Part shown: positions 1 to 14,100 of the stretch, in pieces
How the letters are laid out: each line of letters starts with the position of its first letter
Numbering within the stretch: the stretch's first letter is position 1
Source: Lobosporangium transversale
Lineage: Eukaryota
Length of the DNA stretch: 64,000 bases
NCBI RefSeq assembly: GCF_002105155.1
Contig: NW_019029006.1
Span: forward strand, 434,001 to 498,000
Reading direction: 5' to 3'
Program-made: the position numbers and the translations under genes
The notes under the pieces: generated by a model
Seen by the model: the letters and a program-made list of their open reading frames with translations, nothing else
What the model was told of the DNA's origin: nothing
The model's database searches: none

Positions 1-984
1 AACGGCACAAATTCTTTTTCAGCGATTCTTCTATCAGGCATCGTTACGTAAATTTGCCATTCGAGTAAGTTACAAGGTTACGGAGCATATATGAAAGGAA
101 GCGAGGAAAAAGTCGTTCGAATATGAGTTTTCTGCCATGGCAAGTAACAATTATACGTTACACTTTTTTGTTTTGTTTTTAATTTTAGGATATTAGTATG
201 GGTTCTGTATTTTTGGCATCAAAAGTCGAAGAATGTCCTGTACGAATGACGGATCTAGTCAATGTTTTTGATCATTTACATAAAGTCTTTCGACGTCGTC
301 CAAGGCCCATTGATCCATTGGTTCTCTTTGGACAGGAATTTTATGATCTCAAGAACGCGGTCGTGATTGCAGAGATGCAGATTTTGAAGAAGTTAGGGTT
401 CAATGTCCATGTTCAGCTTCCATATGCCATCATGGTCAATTATCTCAAGGTCCTTGAGCTTACTGAGCATCCTACAATCCCACAGCGAGCTTGGGGGTTC
501 TTGAACGATGGGTAAGTAAATAGATGAATAATTTATAACAAAAGCAGAAAAAAAAAAAAAAAAAAAAAGAGTAACGACACAAATAACCTAAGATAGCCTG
601 GCGTTTACTTTTTTTAGGTTAAGGACAAGTGTTTACATTTGCTATCAGCCGCCAGTTATCGCTTGTAGTGTGATATGGCTGGCTGCACGAGAGGCAGGTG
701 TACCATTACCGACAAATCCGGCTTGGTGGGAAGTATTAGACTCGGACTTGGAGGATATTGAAAACATCGCTGGACATATTAAGTCGCTCTATTATAGGAC
801 ATTACCCATCCCTGATCTACCGTTTACAATTACTGAAGTAGAACCGTATCTCCAACAACAACAACAACAACAACAGCAACCAAATTCGAGTACAGAAGTA
901 GATGCCAAAACGACAAGAACGACAGATACAACAACCACAGCTCAAGTTCCACCAAAGACTACAAGAATATCTCGCTTTTCATGA
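1..984 (+). CDS. Cyclin L family protein (5'-partial); exons <1-64, 189-511, 618-984
   Basis: Spliced translation reads TAQILFQRFFY..R|DISMGSVFLASKVEE...AEMQILKKLGFNVHV..AWGFLNDG|LRTSVYICYQPPVIACSVIWLAAR..LP...WWEV, a cyclin-L-type double cyclin box. GT-AG introns at 65-188 and 512-617 keep the frame. Short polyQ tail. Confidence 0.9.
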
Positions 985-1515
985 ATGGATTTTTTTTTAT
1001 TTGTTAATTAGATTAGGCTTTTGTATTATTATTAATTCTCATACCCTATTTGGTATAATCTTTTTTAAGAAATGATTTGTGATCCCATGTGATTTAAAAG
1101 GAGATCGTGCGAAACAAAGTCAACTTTCCTTTCTTTAATACGATGTGCAAAAGCAAAATTGCATGGACCGTGCTTGGTGTTCTGTGGAGAAACATGCAGA
1201 ATCCTTGTAATAATGGACTGTGGAGAAGAAAGGATGAGAGCGGTAAAATGAGCTGACTTTTGAATCGATTCAAGACATAATTATCCGTGCTTCTATCTAT
1301 TATATTCTAATATTACGAATCATCAGGCTTATCACATCATTCAATACCCCCTCCAATTACCATCACGATCATCATCAGAATCATTACCAACATCATCACA
1401 CTAAAACCATTTTCGAGCCCAGACCAAAAAAAAAAAAAAAAAAAAAAAAAGGCGAGCTGCGCCTTGGCGAACATGCGGACGGACATGAATGTTACGCACA
1501 GTCACAAAGCAATTA

Positions 1516-1549
<34 letters not shown>

Positions 1550-1765
1550 CCACTCCGCTCCACTCCACTCCACTTCAGTTCATTCTCATTTAGATTCTTT
1601 TTTATTTTTTATTTTTTATTTTTTTTTCGCAAAAAGAGACTCGGAATTATTTTTCACTCTATTCCTCTATCTTTCTACTGCCCTTTATTTTATTTTATTA
1701 TATCTTACTTGTGGTCTCCTCCTTTTGAGGCCATATCTTTACAACCGAAAAAAATAATACATAGT

Positions 1766-2844
1766 ATGCCACATATCATCGACTCAAAACCTGCATCTAC
1801 AGGCCCCGCAACAGCAGGGATAGGAATACATGCAACCGCAACCGCCTCCCGCACAACAATCATTGCCAAACATCAATCCTCATCCCCTCTTGCGAAAGAA
1901 ACCCCTGTTGCCGCAGCAAGCAAAACAATGGATATCGGGTCCGAGTCCGAATCCGAGTCCGTGTATTCTTTGTACACGGATGATTCCGAACTTGATGAAA
2001 CTGACCTCTCTTCAGCAGAGTCACAAACAGAACAGCAACAACAACAACAACAGAAACAACGAAGAGGAAGAAGAAGAAAAGGATATGATCTTTTCTCTCA
2101 ATTACCTGATACGATTCTCCAACAAATTCTAGCCTATTTACCTCCCTTTCAAATGCTCACCATCTCGGAACTCTCTCGCAAGTTCTACAACTTTGTAGTC
2201 TTGGGACAGGAGATGAATGAGGTTTGGTTCCGATTAGTGAAACATGAAGAGGCCGAGGAAAAGAAACGGGTAGAGTGGTATAAGCAAAAGAGACTGGAAC
2301 AGGAACAACGAAATGTTCAGATGATGCGCTCATTTTCCAATTCTTCCACTGGCTCCATTGGCTCTAGCTTTGGAGAGGACTCCGTTGCACCATTATCGAA
2401 ACAGGCCCAGAGACTCTTGAACAAGAAACAAGAGGCCGCCGGTAAATCAACAGGAAGTTCAGTCAAGGTGATGAAACGCTCAGACCGAAAGAAGAATTGG
2501 TGCAAGATTTATGTGGACTCGATTTTACGTGGCAATGGTGAGAGTCCTTTAGAATCCTTGGATAAAGTTGTACCAGGGTAAGTTCACTGCTCCAATTCAT
2601 AAAAGGAAAAAAAAAAAAAAATTTTTTTGAGGGATACGCCGTCTTTTTCATTCTTGATCGATTTCCCGATTTCACATGGGACTTGGGGATTGGACTCGTG
2701 GACCCTTTTTTTTTTTAGTTGTTTATTGATATTTTGTGTGAGGGAGTTTTTTTCTTTTTAAACCAAGGAAAGCACAGGAAGAGGATGGTTCATTCAATAA
2801 CAAATGGCGTGCATCATAGTACTAACTTCACCCCTACTCCATCC

Positions 2845-2875
<31 letters not shown>

Positions 2876-3193
2876 CTTTCCGTGTTCCATAGGTCCGCCA
2901 AGAAATCCCGTACTTTTCAGACGATTATCTTGAATGAACCACTTTCTGAGGACCATTACAGGGAATATCAAGGTGGCTCCTCTGATGATAATACCACTGC
3001 CAATAAAGAGATGTCACGTGAAGCCAAGACTCAAGCCAAAATTGAAAAGCGAATGTACTACAAGATGATTCGAGCTAAACCTAAAGGCAAGAAGGCTGGA
3101 CAGTTAGACTCTGCTGCTGCCAAAGCAGATAGAATGTTGTCCTGGAAACAGCAACCGGAATGGAGCGAGCAGGATCAGCTGGGCGACTATTAA
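1766..3193 (+). CDS. F-box protein; exons 1766-2577, 2893-3193
   Basis: F-box motif LFSQLPDTILQQILAYLPPFQMLTISELSRKFY. The GT-AG intron 2578-2892 joins GG|G TCC in frame with ORF 2804..3193. Confidence 0.8.
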
Positions 3194-3416
3194 GCGATTT
3201 TTTTTTTTTTTATTCTCCAAAAACATATATTCATTCATACATGCATACAATAAGAAACTCGGTCATATCAATATTTTTCATGCCTTTTTCTTCTTTACCC
3301 TCTTCACTCTCTTTTTCTCCCATGACTGGCATGTAACTTTCTAGTAGATATACCCTGAGCTATCACCCAAATCATCGTATTACAAAACATTATCGTTTTC
3401 ACATATCTCTTGACTG

Positions 3417-3420
<4 letters not shown>

Positions 3421-3462
<42 letters not shown>
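3421..3462. repeat. Poly(A) homopolymer (about 42 nt), representative of many long A/T tracts in introns and intergenic DNA
   Basis: Directly visible in the sequence. Confidence 0.9.
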
Positions 3463-3464
<2 letters not shown>

Positions 3465-3648
3465 TTGAAGTATATAAACAACATATACAGTACAGAATAA
3501 AATAGACGTATTTATTACAACAAGGTAAAAAAAAAAGTATAGAGGATCGAAATGGATGTATAAGGGATTCACTTAAGGCGTTTTTTTCTTTATTTTCCTT
3601 GCATGCTTATTATTGGAAAATAAAAAAAAAAAAAAAGAGAAGGCGATA

Positions 3649-4839
3649 TTAACAGCAGCCATCAAGACAGCAGCACAAGCAGGCTCCGAGCGCGCTATAA
3701 GAGGATATTGAAAATTATAGGAAGAAAACATCATTAGTATTCCAAAAAGTTTCAGAAGTCTATGTTTTGACACTAATATTAATTAACACCCGATCGATCC
3801 GATGATCCAGTGATCTGATAAAGATACTAGTGAGCGTCATGCTAACTTCCGAAATTGTTGCCAAGCTTGTCCTGCATTTGTCTGTATGTTTCAGAATGTA
3901 TTGTAGGTTGAATGAGATTGCATGAAAGAGGTGCGTACTACTTAACAACCTCGTTTCTTTGTCGAATGAGGAAAGACACTCTAAATATCTGAACTTATCC
4001 GCAGAGGTGCAGAGGTAAGAGCCAGCAACGAAAAGTTCCCGGTCATTGTTCCTCTTCTCTCTTGCTCTTTCGCCCAATTTACACAATAAACCTGTCTGGA
4101 AGATGTGATCCATCCACTCAAACAAATAAACAAAATACAAAAAAAGTGCGATGAGAGCGATTTTCTGTAGGTTTGTTGTTATTGGATGTTGCTGGATGTT
4201 GGAATATTGGGATTGTTGCACAAGAGACAAGAGGCCATTTTATTTTATTTTTCCTTTTTGTCGATTCCAGAAAGAGTCACGTCCAAAAAGGAAAGAATAA
4301 AAAGCAATAAAAAACAATATAAAAAAAAAGCAAGAGAGTCTAGCTGATTGAAAGACAAATTTACCATCCAAAGCACAAATCGTCGGTCTTGTTGTTGTTG
4401 TTGTGTTGGGGTGCTGCTTGTTGGTGAATAATGACCTGAGGTTGTGGAGAGGCTATTAATAATAAAGTATAAAAAAAAAAAAACATAGTGGATTAGATAC
4501 ATTAGCATAGAATGGGATAGCTGAGGCTCAAAGTCAATATGGGAAAGAGAGAAAATGGATGAATGTATAAAGACGATGAGGAAGAGAAGAAGAGAAGGAA
4601 TAAAGGAGCTTACGCTGGCCATAGTATCCTTGTTGTGGTGTTTGAGGGTATCCAGGCTGACCATAACCAGGCTGTGGGGAACCATATGGTTGAGGGGGAT
4701 ATCCGGGCTGAGCAGGTGGAGGGTATGGGGAAGGCTGCTGGCCGTAAGCAGGCTGACCATAGGCGGGCTGGCCATATGCAGCCTGTTGAGGGTATTGAGG
4801 AGGCTGAGAAGCGTAATATCCCTTATTATCGGTCGACAT
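3649..4839 (-). CDS. CYSTM (cysteine-rich transmembrane module) protein; exons 4839-4614, 4452-4365, 3694-3649
   Basis: P/Q/G/Y-rich N-terminus (YGQPAYGQPAYGQQP). Spliced C-terminus KTDDLCFGC|ALGACLCCCLDGCC*. Both introns are GT-AG and in phase. Confidence 0.9.
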
Positions 4840-7269
4840 CTTTAAATTTATATTATTAATATGAAAAGAAAAGAAAAAGAGTGTGTGTTGGTAATGGGAG
4901 GAGAGATGAAATGAGAGAAAAAGAGAGGGGAGAGAAAAGAAATAAAGAGAGTAGAGAAAAAGAAAGAAAGTAGAAAAGAATAGGGCAAAGATGCGTTCCC
5001 GCTTTATGTTCCTGGGCAGAAAAAAAAAAAAAAAAAAAAAAAGGTGGGCTGATGGGCGGCTATCTCTCTTGAGTTTATTAACTTGTTCCCAAGCCTTTTT
5101 CTTGTGTCCCTTGCACAAATTGCGTGTGTGTATGCATCTGTGCCTGGATCAAATGTGCACTGCATCGACAATGAACAAAAAAAAAACAGCGCTACTATTT
5201 TTAGGGATGTTATGTACCATGCTTCCCGTTTTTATACATTCATTTTGCATCTAACAAAATAGCTTTAGCCAATAGACTAAAAGCTATATTGTAATTAAAC
5301 AAGAGATTTTCATCCATGTGGCCAGTCCCATGTTCAGGGAGTGATTTTTGCTCATTAAAGATGCATCCAAGATCATTTGAAGCGATAATGATTACAGGGA
5401 AGATGGGAATAAAAGAATGCAGTTGTTATGTGGCTGTCGACTCTTGGCCAACAAGCAATCCTCGCCGCAATGAATGTTTTTTCTTTTTGCTTTTTGGCGC
5501 TTTTGGTAGTTTGGTCGAATAAACACAAGTTTGTATTCAGTACACAAAAAAAGCATTGGTACACATGGAAAGGCTAGAAGGCTTCTTTTTTTTAAAAAAA
5601 AAAGTGAGACCAACAAGGACACAGCCAGTCGAACATCCACATTCAGGTCACGAACAACAGGTGTATATTAAATATCACTGTGTTGTTTATCCAATAAGTT
5701 ATAACCATTCGAGTACGATTTAACTATCATCACAGTCGTAGTGGCTATAGCTCACGTTTGCCTTAAGATGTGTATGCTTATCATGAATGGGATAAATGTC
5801 GGATTCAAATGTATTCCGCATCTCTTCTTTATTGGGTAACGCGTAAACTATACTCCTTGTCTTCTTTAGGAATGTGAATGTTCAATAAATCAAGGGCACA
5901 ACACAAAATAATAATAATAATAAAAAACTAGAGTGGAGAGAGCTTAAGCAACACATAAAGCGGACATTTTGTCATACATCCAACTCGATGGCTCGTTTGG
6001 GGATCTTGCAGCGCGGTAATCCCCAGTCAGAGCACATGAGTACCTGCTCCGTTCCAAGTAGACAACAACTTTATCAGACTTGAGTGAAATGCTGAATACT
6101 GAGGAACGACAAATGGTTTCGTAAAAAAAAAATAAAAAGAGAAAAACATATACTGAACAGACTCACAATTGCACACTCAATATAGCATCATATAACTTTG
6201 TATACACACAGTCGATGCACTGCCCATTGGTATGTTCATTATCGACAATCAGACATGGCTAAGCTATCATTGACAGACGCGTAAAAAGACTCCAGTGTTG
6301 GGGTTTTCAGTCCACGAATTAAAGGGATCTATTGGGTCAAGAGGCATTTCTTGTAAAATTAGATCAAGAATAAATTTGTTTGCTCACATGCTCTGTGACC
6401 GTGACAATGGAGAAGAAACAAAGAGTTTTTTGAACTTCGCCAACATGAAACTTACAATAAACATGTATATCCTCTTATACAAATATTTGTGTACTTCTAC
6501 GTTTATTGCTTTATCACTGTTCATTGATTGTAATAAACGAGGCCTTGCCTGTGTGCGTGAACAAAGAGGTGGCGTTTCTACGACTGTAGAAAAAAGAACT
6601 GTCTGTGTGTACAAAAGCCCATGTTTGCTACAACCCAACAAGCACGTGTATTGTCATCATGTTGTTCACAGCCCCACTTCTTTCTGTTTGGCTGTGCTGA
6701 GAGAAATGCGTGGCAACCGGATATCTGTGGCTGGTTGGCTGGTTGGCGGGCTGGTTGGCTTGTGGCCAAAAATTTAATTTAATTTTAGGAGGTTGTGTTT
6801 GTGACATGAGGAGTATGCAGCTTGTTAAAGAATGAACATGTTTTTATTAGTCTATCGTTGTCATCGTCTTTGTAGTATTGTGTGTGTTTCGATAAATAGA
6901 AGCAGCAGACATAGAATCTTCTTTTTTCTTTCTTCTTCCTGCATCACTTTTAACAACAGTAATAAGGTGTGCTTAAAGCGTCTTCCCAGGACTTCATGAT
7001 CTCGGGCGGCTTTGTGGATGTGATAGGAGAAAAAAAAAGTGACATTTTGAGTGATAATGTTTTGCTTGTTGTGTTTAGATCGACTTGATAAAGAATAGGC
7101 CAATCACTGAACGGTGGTCCAAGCTCAAACCTCCCACTAGATAACCTCTTTTTCTTCCAAGTTGAACAAACACCTTTCGCCATTACCGTCCATTTCTCGT
7201 CAAAGAAAAAGCTCATTGCACCACACAGCTTCCCTTCTCTCTCTTTCACTCATTTTTTCTTTTAAACAC

Positions 7270-7550
7270 ATGGTATCAAATTACAGTTGGGCTATAATCT
7301 ATCAAATAAAACAATGGAGTACAATATACCAGCATACTGATAAACGCATGGCAACTTTTTTCTTTTTTTTCTTTTTCCAATTTCACTTGTTTGGCGATGG
7401 ACTTTCTTTTTTTTTTTTCCTTAGGAGGGTCGACACGGTAAAAGGAAAGAGAAAGCAGGATCGCCTGAGCTACTTAAGGCTAGACAAGAGGAGGAAACTG
7501 CTCTCTTGCGCGATTATTCCAAACTGAAGGATTCACTCAAGCAAATTGCA

Positions 7551-7584
<34 letters not shown>

Positions 7585-10198
7585 AAAGCTCTATACTTAC
7601 AGTTTTAGCGTTCGGCTACTTGGGACATACAGGATCGGGTTTGCTAACCTTTGTTCTTGTTGTTTTTATTACTACTGCAGACCGACTCCAAGAAGAAAGA
7701 TAGTGACGCGCTTAAAACAACAGCGTTGATAATTCAACTGAATCCTGGGTACTACTCCGTCTGGAACTTGCGACGGACGATCCTCCACGAGGGATTCCTT
7801 CAAAATACGTAAGGCCACCATTTGTCAATGGACAGCGTCTGCCATGTGTTTTATAGTAAACCGCCCCCAGCTTTTGACAAACCTAACCCTCTCTTACTTG
7901 TAGAAATGAAGAAACCACTCAGGGCATTTTTAACGAGGAGATCAAGTTTGTAGATGAGATCCTCAAACAGAATCCGAAATCGTATTGCGCCTGGAACCAT
8001 CGTCGATGGTGTGTCGAGCAGATGGGCCGAGGCTCTTCCTGGGAGGATGAGTTGGCTATGACCGATAAAATCTTGAAGGACGATCCTCGCAACTGTAATT
8101 TTCTTTTTTTTCCCCACTAATCTTGTTGAGCTTGATGATGTCATGCTGATCATCTTTTGAAACTTCTAAACACATGATTCAAGATTGAACTAATGGATTG
8201 ATTGCTTTATTATTAAACAAAATAGACCATGGATGGGACTATAGAAGACATATCATTAGACAACTAGATCTTCAAAACCAATCCCCGACTGAGGAAGCCC
8301 TTCAGCGCCTTCAATCCGAGCTGGAGTTTACGACATTAAAGATTAAAGAGGATCCCTCCAACTACTCAGCATGGCACAGCAGGAGCAAGTTAATAAATGA
8401 ATTGGCAGAAAACATGGCAGAAAAAGACAAGAAGGCAATGATTGACAGCGAATTCGATCTGGTCAAAGATGTAGTCTATAAAAACCCAGATAACCAAAGT
8501 GCCTGGTTATACAATCTTGGACTCATTGGACGGGGTAAGTTTTATTTTTATTTAGTTGTGTATTGCCAATCCCAATAGAAAAAAAAAAAATGCATACTAA
8601 TTTTCATTTCCTTTTCTGATTGTCATTAAAATGGTGTGTAGAGGAGCCAAGTATTTCAATTATAGGTGCTAGTGTGATCTCATTCCACCCATTGGAAGTG
8701 GTAGTTGCTTTTGACCAGAATGTCAAGCTTCGCAACCCGTTCACGGTTTCAACCATGTTGGATCATAATGTTGTCCCATTAGAAGGGGAGTGGAAAGCGA
8801 CTGGCTCAGATTCTTCACTTGGCTACATTTGGATTTTCCAGCAAGTGTCTGGCTCAGTCTATGGCCCTACAGTGGAAATTGTGATCTTTGCGAACGATGT
8901 CTATGGCGTGAAAGCTGGCTCAAAGCTTGGATCACCGGCCGTTTGCTTTGAAGTTGAGACAGGAGAACAAGATTTTGGTGTCATCTCAGGTCGACTGAAT
9001 CAGTTGGTCGTTGGCAAGAATTTGATGATAGATGTCACTAAGCGGCTTGGTCCTGTTTCTAATCCAGATGGGACGTTGGAGGCGATCCGAGAGCCTGAGG
9101 TTAAGCATGTTGTAACATCCCTTACAACATCCACTTCGCTCCAGGACAGGAGAGTGGTATTGGAGCGTGAGATCGCGGTTGCTCGCGAACTAATGGGAGT
9201 AGAGCCTGACTGCAAATGTAAGGTGTTAAAGGAACAGCGGCTTGTAAAATATGTTATCTTCATGTCTTTAACTGGTAAGCTGCTTTTGACATTTTTTTTT
9301 TTTTTTTTTTTTTTAGGGCCAATTCAAGTTTTGACAACACTACTATTAGAACTGCGCAAGACCATCAGTCTCCATTCTGCAGAGGCCAGGATAATTGATG
9401 ATGAATGTATTGGGCTACTGGAAAAACTCATTACGCTTGATCCTTTACGTCAAGAACGCTATGAGGATCGCCGTAAGTCCTTGTTACATTTTCTATTTCT
9501 ATTTCTTTTTCTTTTTTATTATTGCTCATTAAAACATCAGATCAAAAGTAATTGCTGAAACTATAAAGTTCTTTTACCTTTTTTTTTTGTATAATTCCGC
9601 AGGAACACAACTCGTCTTTGATCGCGAAACGCTCCATTTACTCAAGGACGCGAAGCGGTCCCACGGGATGGAGTTTGCAGATGAACAGCCTCGAGATCTG
9701 GATTTATCAATGCGAGGCCTTACACACATCCCAATCTCATCTTATTTAATGCACCTCCATACCCTCGATCTGGACTCGAATGCAATTACCTCGACTCGGT
9801 TCCTACGCAACTTGCTGAACGTGCGACGTGTAAACTTAGCCAACAACTTGATTGAGCGATTGGAAGGGTTACAGCATGCTCCTAGCCTCGAGTTCCTGTC
9901 ATTAGAAAATAATTTGATTGCGACATGGGAGGATGTGTTCTCTGGATTTGTATTCTGGCATGAGGGCAAGTTGGGTCGTATGGGTGCACAGGTCAAGGTC
10001 CTTTTGGGATTAAACCCTGTGATTGAAAATGAGGGAGGCGAATATGTATTGGAACATCGATGGGAGGATGTGGGTGAAGTCGGCGTGGATATTCAGTGGA
10101 TCTCGGAAGAGGCGCGATTGGCTGCAGAAACCCACGCTACAGTAGTGAGCGGCACTCGCCGCGTCAGTATCAATGTTATCTTAGATGGAACTCATTGA
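7270..10198 (+). CDS. BET4: Rab geranylgeranyltransferase (GGTase-II) alpha subunit with Ig-like insert and C-terminal LRRs; exons 7270-7272, 7425-7547, 7681-7808, 7904-8094, 8226-8534, 8642-9217, 9317-9472, 9603-10198
   Basis: N-terminus MEGRHGKRK. Prenyltransferase alpha repeats NPGYYSVWNLRR, NPKSYCAWNHRRW, DPRNYHGWDYRR, DPSNYSAWHSRS, NPDNQSAWLY, LDPLRQERY. LRRs LHTLDLDSNAI, VNLANNLIERLEGL. The ATG-only first exon is the least certain part. Confidence 0.88.
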
Positions 10199-11123
10199 CT
10201 ATGATAAAAAAAGGGAAAAAAAGTATTTACATTTAAATATATTTACATCTCCACCGTATTACTACCGCATGTTTATTAGTTTATTTTCTCTTCATGGCAT
10301 CATCGGTTTTTTTTTTTTTTTTTTTTTTTTTTTTGGTGTTCAGACATCCCAGTCAGGCCGTGTAGGAACCGCATACACGTATCAAATGACCACATGCCGC
10401 TCAGTCCCCCTTGTTCTATGCAAAGCAAATAGCTTAACACGATCAAAAAATTAATGCTGCCAATGCCACCAAAAAAGTTGGAAGGTCATGCCACCCATGC
10501 TTCTAAATGACAAGTCTAGTCCCTCTGTCGTTGGATTGGCGGATGTGCTCACACATTCCGTAAATATTAATCCCATTCCATCATTGCTCTTCTGCCCCTC
10601 TGCTCAATGCCGGCAATCCGGGACAAGGCTATGATTTATGGCCAAGACTGTATAAGGCTGAATGTTCAATCATGAGAGCAGTCGACAGATGCTTGCAATC
10701 CTTTACTCTACTGTACTTTCAGCCATATCATGAGCCTAATAAAGTCATGAACTGGACAGCTTTCATGACTAAAAACATGTTGGTTCCATCCAGATTATTC
10801 TATCCCAGAGTAAAAACAAACAAAACGATCGATGGAGTTGTGGTTTGTGTCTTTTTTTATTTGCCTATTCATAAAACCATGCTCATGTCTTTCATTCTTA
10901 AAATTCATTCACCTTGTTCATTCACACTTCCTCAACTCCCTTTCTTCTCTTTTTAAACCTTTTTCAAGGCCTTCCCTCTTTACTGAGAGCACTTGTACCA
11001 TTTCTTCCTGCTGACAGCCTCATTTTGTTTCCAGCGAACGTTGCATTCTTATTTTTTTTTATTTCGAGCACAAGCACACATTGTGATTTGGCAGTCCTTA
11101 ATTCAATAATTAAGCATAAAAAA

Positions 11124-14100
11124 ATGCCGTCATTGCCAAAGTCGACCGGCGCAGTCGCAGTCGCAGCCCCAGCTCCATTTCCAATTTCAGTTCCAGTAAC
11201 GGCTACTGTTATGCCCAACAGGTGTTGCTCCAATCTGCCAGAAGAATGCCTTCTCTTAATCTTTGAGAACCTGCGCACCCATAGGTCAGCTCTTCATGTC
11301 CTAATTCGTGTCAATCGTCAGTTTTTCCATCTCGTTGTCCCTATCCTCTACCGTTCCCCGTTCCGTCTACTGGAGTCCAAACAAGAAACTTGGCCTTGGT
11401 CTGAAAGGATCCAGCGACAGGTCCTCTTATTACAGCTTCTTCTCCGTTCAGCTCAGATCAAGCAGAAACAAATAAATCGACAGGAAGAGAAAAAATGGCA
11501 ACGGAAGCGAGGGCAAGAACAGAGTGAGCAAGCAGGTGACAGGTATAACAACAGCTGCGTAGCAGTAACGACTGGCAAATCGGCAGTATCCCCCATAGTT
11601 GCAGCCCAAGGGACTGAGAACAATAAAATGTCCTTACGCTTAAACACCAAAAGAAGACAGCACTGGTGGGCTAAGAAAAAGCCCTCCATCAGCTCTTCAA
11701 CAATAGAAACTGCTCTTTCAAACCCTTCATCACCTTCATCTCTATTATTCCCTTCATTATCGCTTTCAAGGAAAGGAGGCAATATCAAAGGTATCACCAT
11801 TCCTGGGAAGATTCAGGGTAGAAAGTTTATATCAGAGAAAAAACAGTCCCTTTTTCAAGACGATAACAGCAATAGCACTAACACTAGCACTAGCGACAAC
11901 AGCAACAGCCTTTCAACGGTACGTCCCACCACGATCGATGGGAATATTCCTAATTATTATGGCCAACAACAATGTCAACAACAGGTACTATCACCATTCT
12001 CGTCATCCTCAAATAATAGCCACGACCAAAGTGTAGATCTGGCCAATTATGGGCATACGTCTGGAGGATACTCCTGTGAATCCTTCGGCTACAACGAATG
12101 CAATTCTAATGACGTCTTTATCGACAACAATGAAGATGACATGTACCGTCCTTGCGAAGGCAACCCGACTTATGCATTCATTGATAGTGATGATTATAAC
12201 AGCTACCAATATAGGCCTCATAGTATCTCGAGATATTATACAGATACAGACACAGACGCAGACGATGATGAGACATTATATATGGATGAGCTCCCCCATT
12301 CTGGCCTTTTCTCTCAAGCAGGACTATTTGAACCAACACCTCACCTTGGGCCCTTCAGTCCCAAAGACAATAACGGCATATCATCTTCTAGAAGCTGGAC
12401 ACAGGCGTTTCAAACGCGGTTCAGAAGCTTCAGTGGCAGCTCTTTCAATGGGATCAATGATCAGAGTCAGCCGTTAGTTCCACAATCACATCGCTTGTTG
12501 CATAATAATGCTCGTCTGATGGCCGATTACTTGTCATATTATGTTGAACATGACCACCCAAGACTTGCACGATTGCTACCTTCGCTATTTCCCAGTGTTC
12601 CAGCAGAAAGCTTCGATCAATTATTAACTTTTAGGGATGCCCCTAACTTAACATCTTCTTCAGCAGTAGCGGCAGCAGCAGCAGCAGGAGGGGGTACCGG
12701 GTCTCCATTGTCGTCATTATCCGGGCAAAAATCTGTGTATAATATATTTCAATCCTTACAGCAGTCGCACAAGAGTGCTCGAAACCTGGAAAGAGCCTAT
12801 GCCGCGCGTACTCGGGTTGAAAGAGATTTATTTCATCATTCGCCCCAACTTGTCAGGACATTGTCATTGTCAGCAGCAAGGATCCAAGCAATCATCCCCC
12901 CTCCACTTCCACCACAATCGTGCCTGATGGGCTCCATGCCTTCCACTAGATCCGCATTGCGTACATCTGCTTCCTCTTACTCCTTGGGTCAATCTTTACT
13001 GTCACCGTTCATATCCCTCATGTCTCTTTTGCCTTCATCCTTCTTTTCTAGGTCACCATTCTCTGTTCCCATATCCTCATCATCATCATCTTCATGGCAT
13101 TCGTCTGCATCTACCTTAACAGTGTCTTCATTTCGATCATCACATTCAGTGGCCACGTCCTATTGCTCCTCTTTTCCTTATTCTACAGACTCTTTGTCTC
13201 TGACCAAGGCGAACGTAGCATCATTACCATCGTCCCTATTAGTACCATCGTCACCACCATTGCCACAGCTCAGCCAACTAAGCAGCCTCTATCGAATTGA
13301 GTTGTATGATATTTATCATGGAATTGATGTTGAAGTGGTTGTCCGATTTTTAAGGTTACATGATCAGATATATCATACGATTCGAGAGGTCAAAGTTGGT
13401 GGAGTAGATGACGTAGGGAGATCCTCAGACCCAGGCGTGATCACGATTTTGTATTCTCTCAAGACAGTAAGAGTTTTGGATATGGTGGAGTGGCGAGAGG
13501 CGATCAGATATATGAACCAAATTCCCACCAAGCATCTCGAGTCCTTGTTACTAGGAAATGTCCGGATGGCCAACCATGAAAGCGTAGAGCCGTCGATGCA
13601 AGGCGTGACAGGTCTTTCAAGTATGCCAAGTACAAACGCAGACACAAGTACAGTCAACGGAAACATGGGTTCATCTTCTCCCGAAGATGGGACTGCAGAC
13701 GGGAGCGAGATAATCGGGGATGGGTCAGAAGAGGATGAAGAAGGAGAATATGAAGAAAAAGAGCGATCTCATCCACAAATTCAAGCCCTCCAGCGGTGTA
13801 GACGACTACGAGTCCTTCGGATGCCGGTACTGGTCAACGGCCTGTTTGGATGGGCAGTCAAGGAACGCCGTCAGTGGCAATTGGACCTTGCCTCTAGGAA
13901 TAAGATAGCATTGATACCAGTTAATACACATGGGGAAGAAAATGGCCACCTAAGCAAGTTACGGTCATTAGAACCTTATTGGGGCAATAAGAACGGGCAC
14001 CGACGCCCTGTCCAACTCGAGAATGTTCACCTGAGCGGTACAAGTACTGGGCCTCTGATGTCCACTTTGATTCATGTGGTAGACGCATTCCGAGACTCGT

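Noticed and set aside
1464..1757. Many short poly-Phe/poly-Lys ORFs, here and throughout the window
   Set aside because: They are translations of poly(T)/poly(A) tracts in introns, UTRs and promoters.
6030..6060. Resemblance of minus-strand GGAACGGAGCAGG to SRP RNA helix 8
   Set aside because: The complementary upstream CAGG half of the motif is missing.
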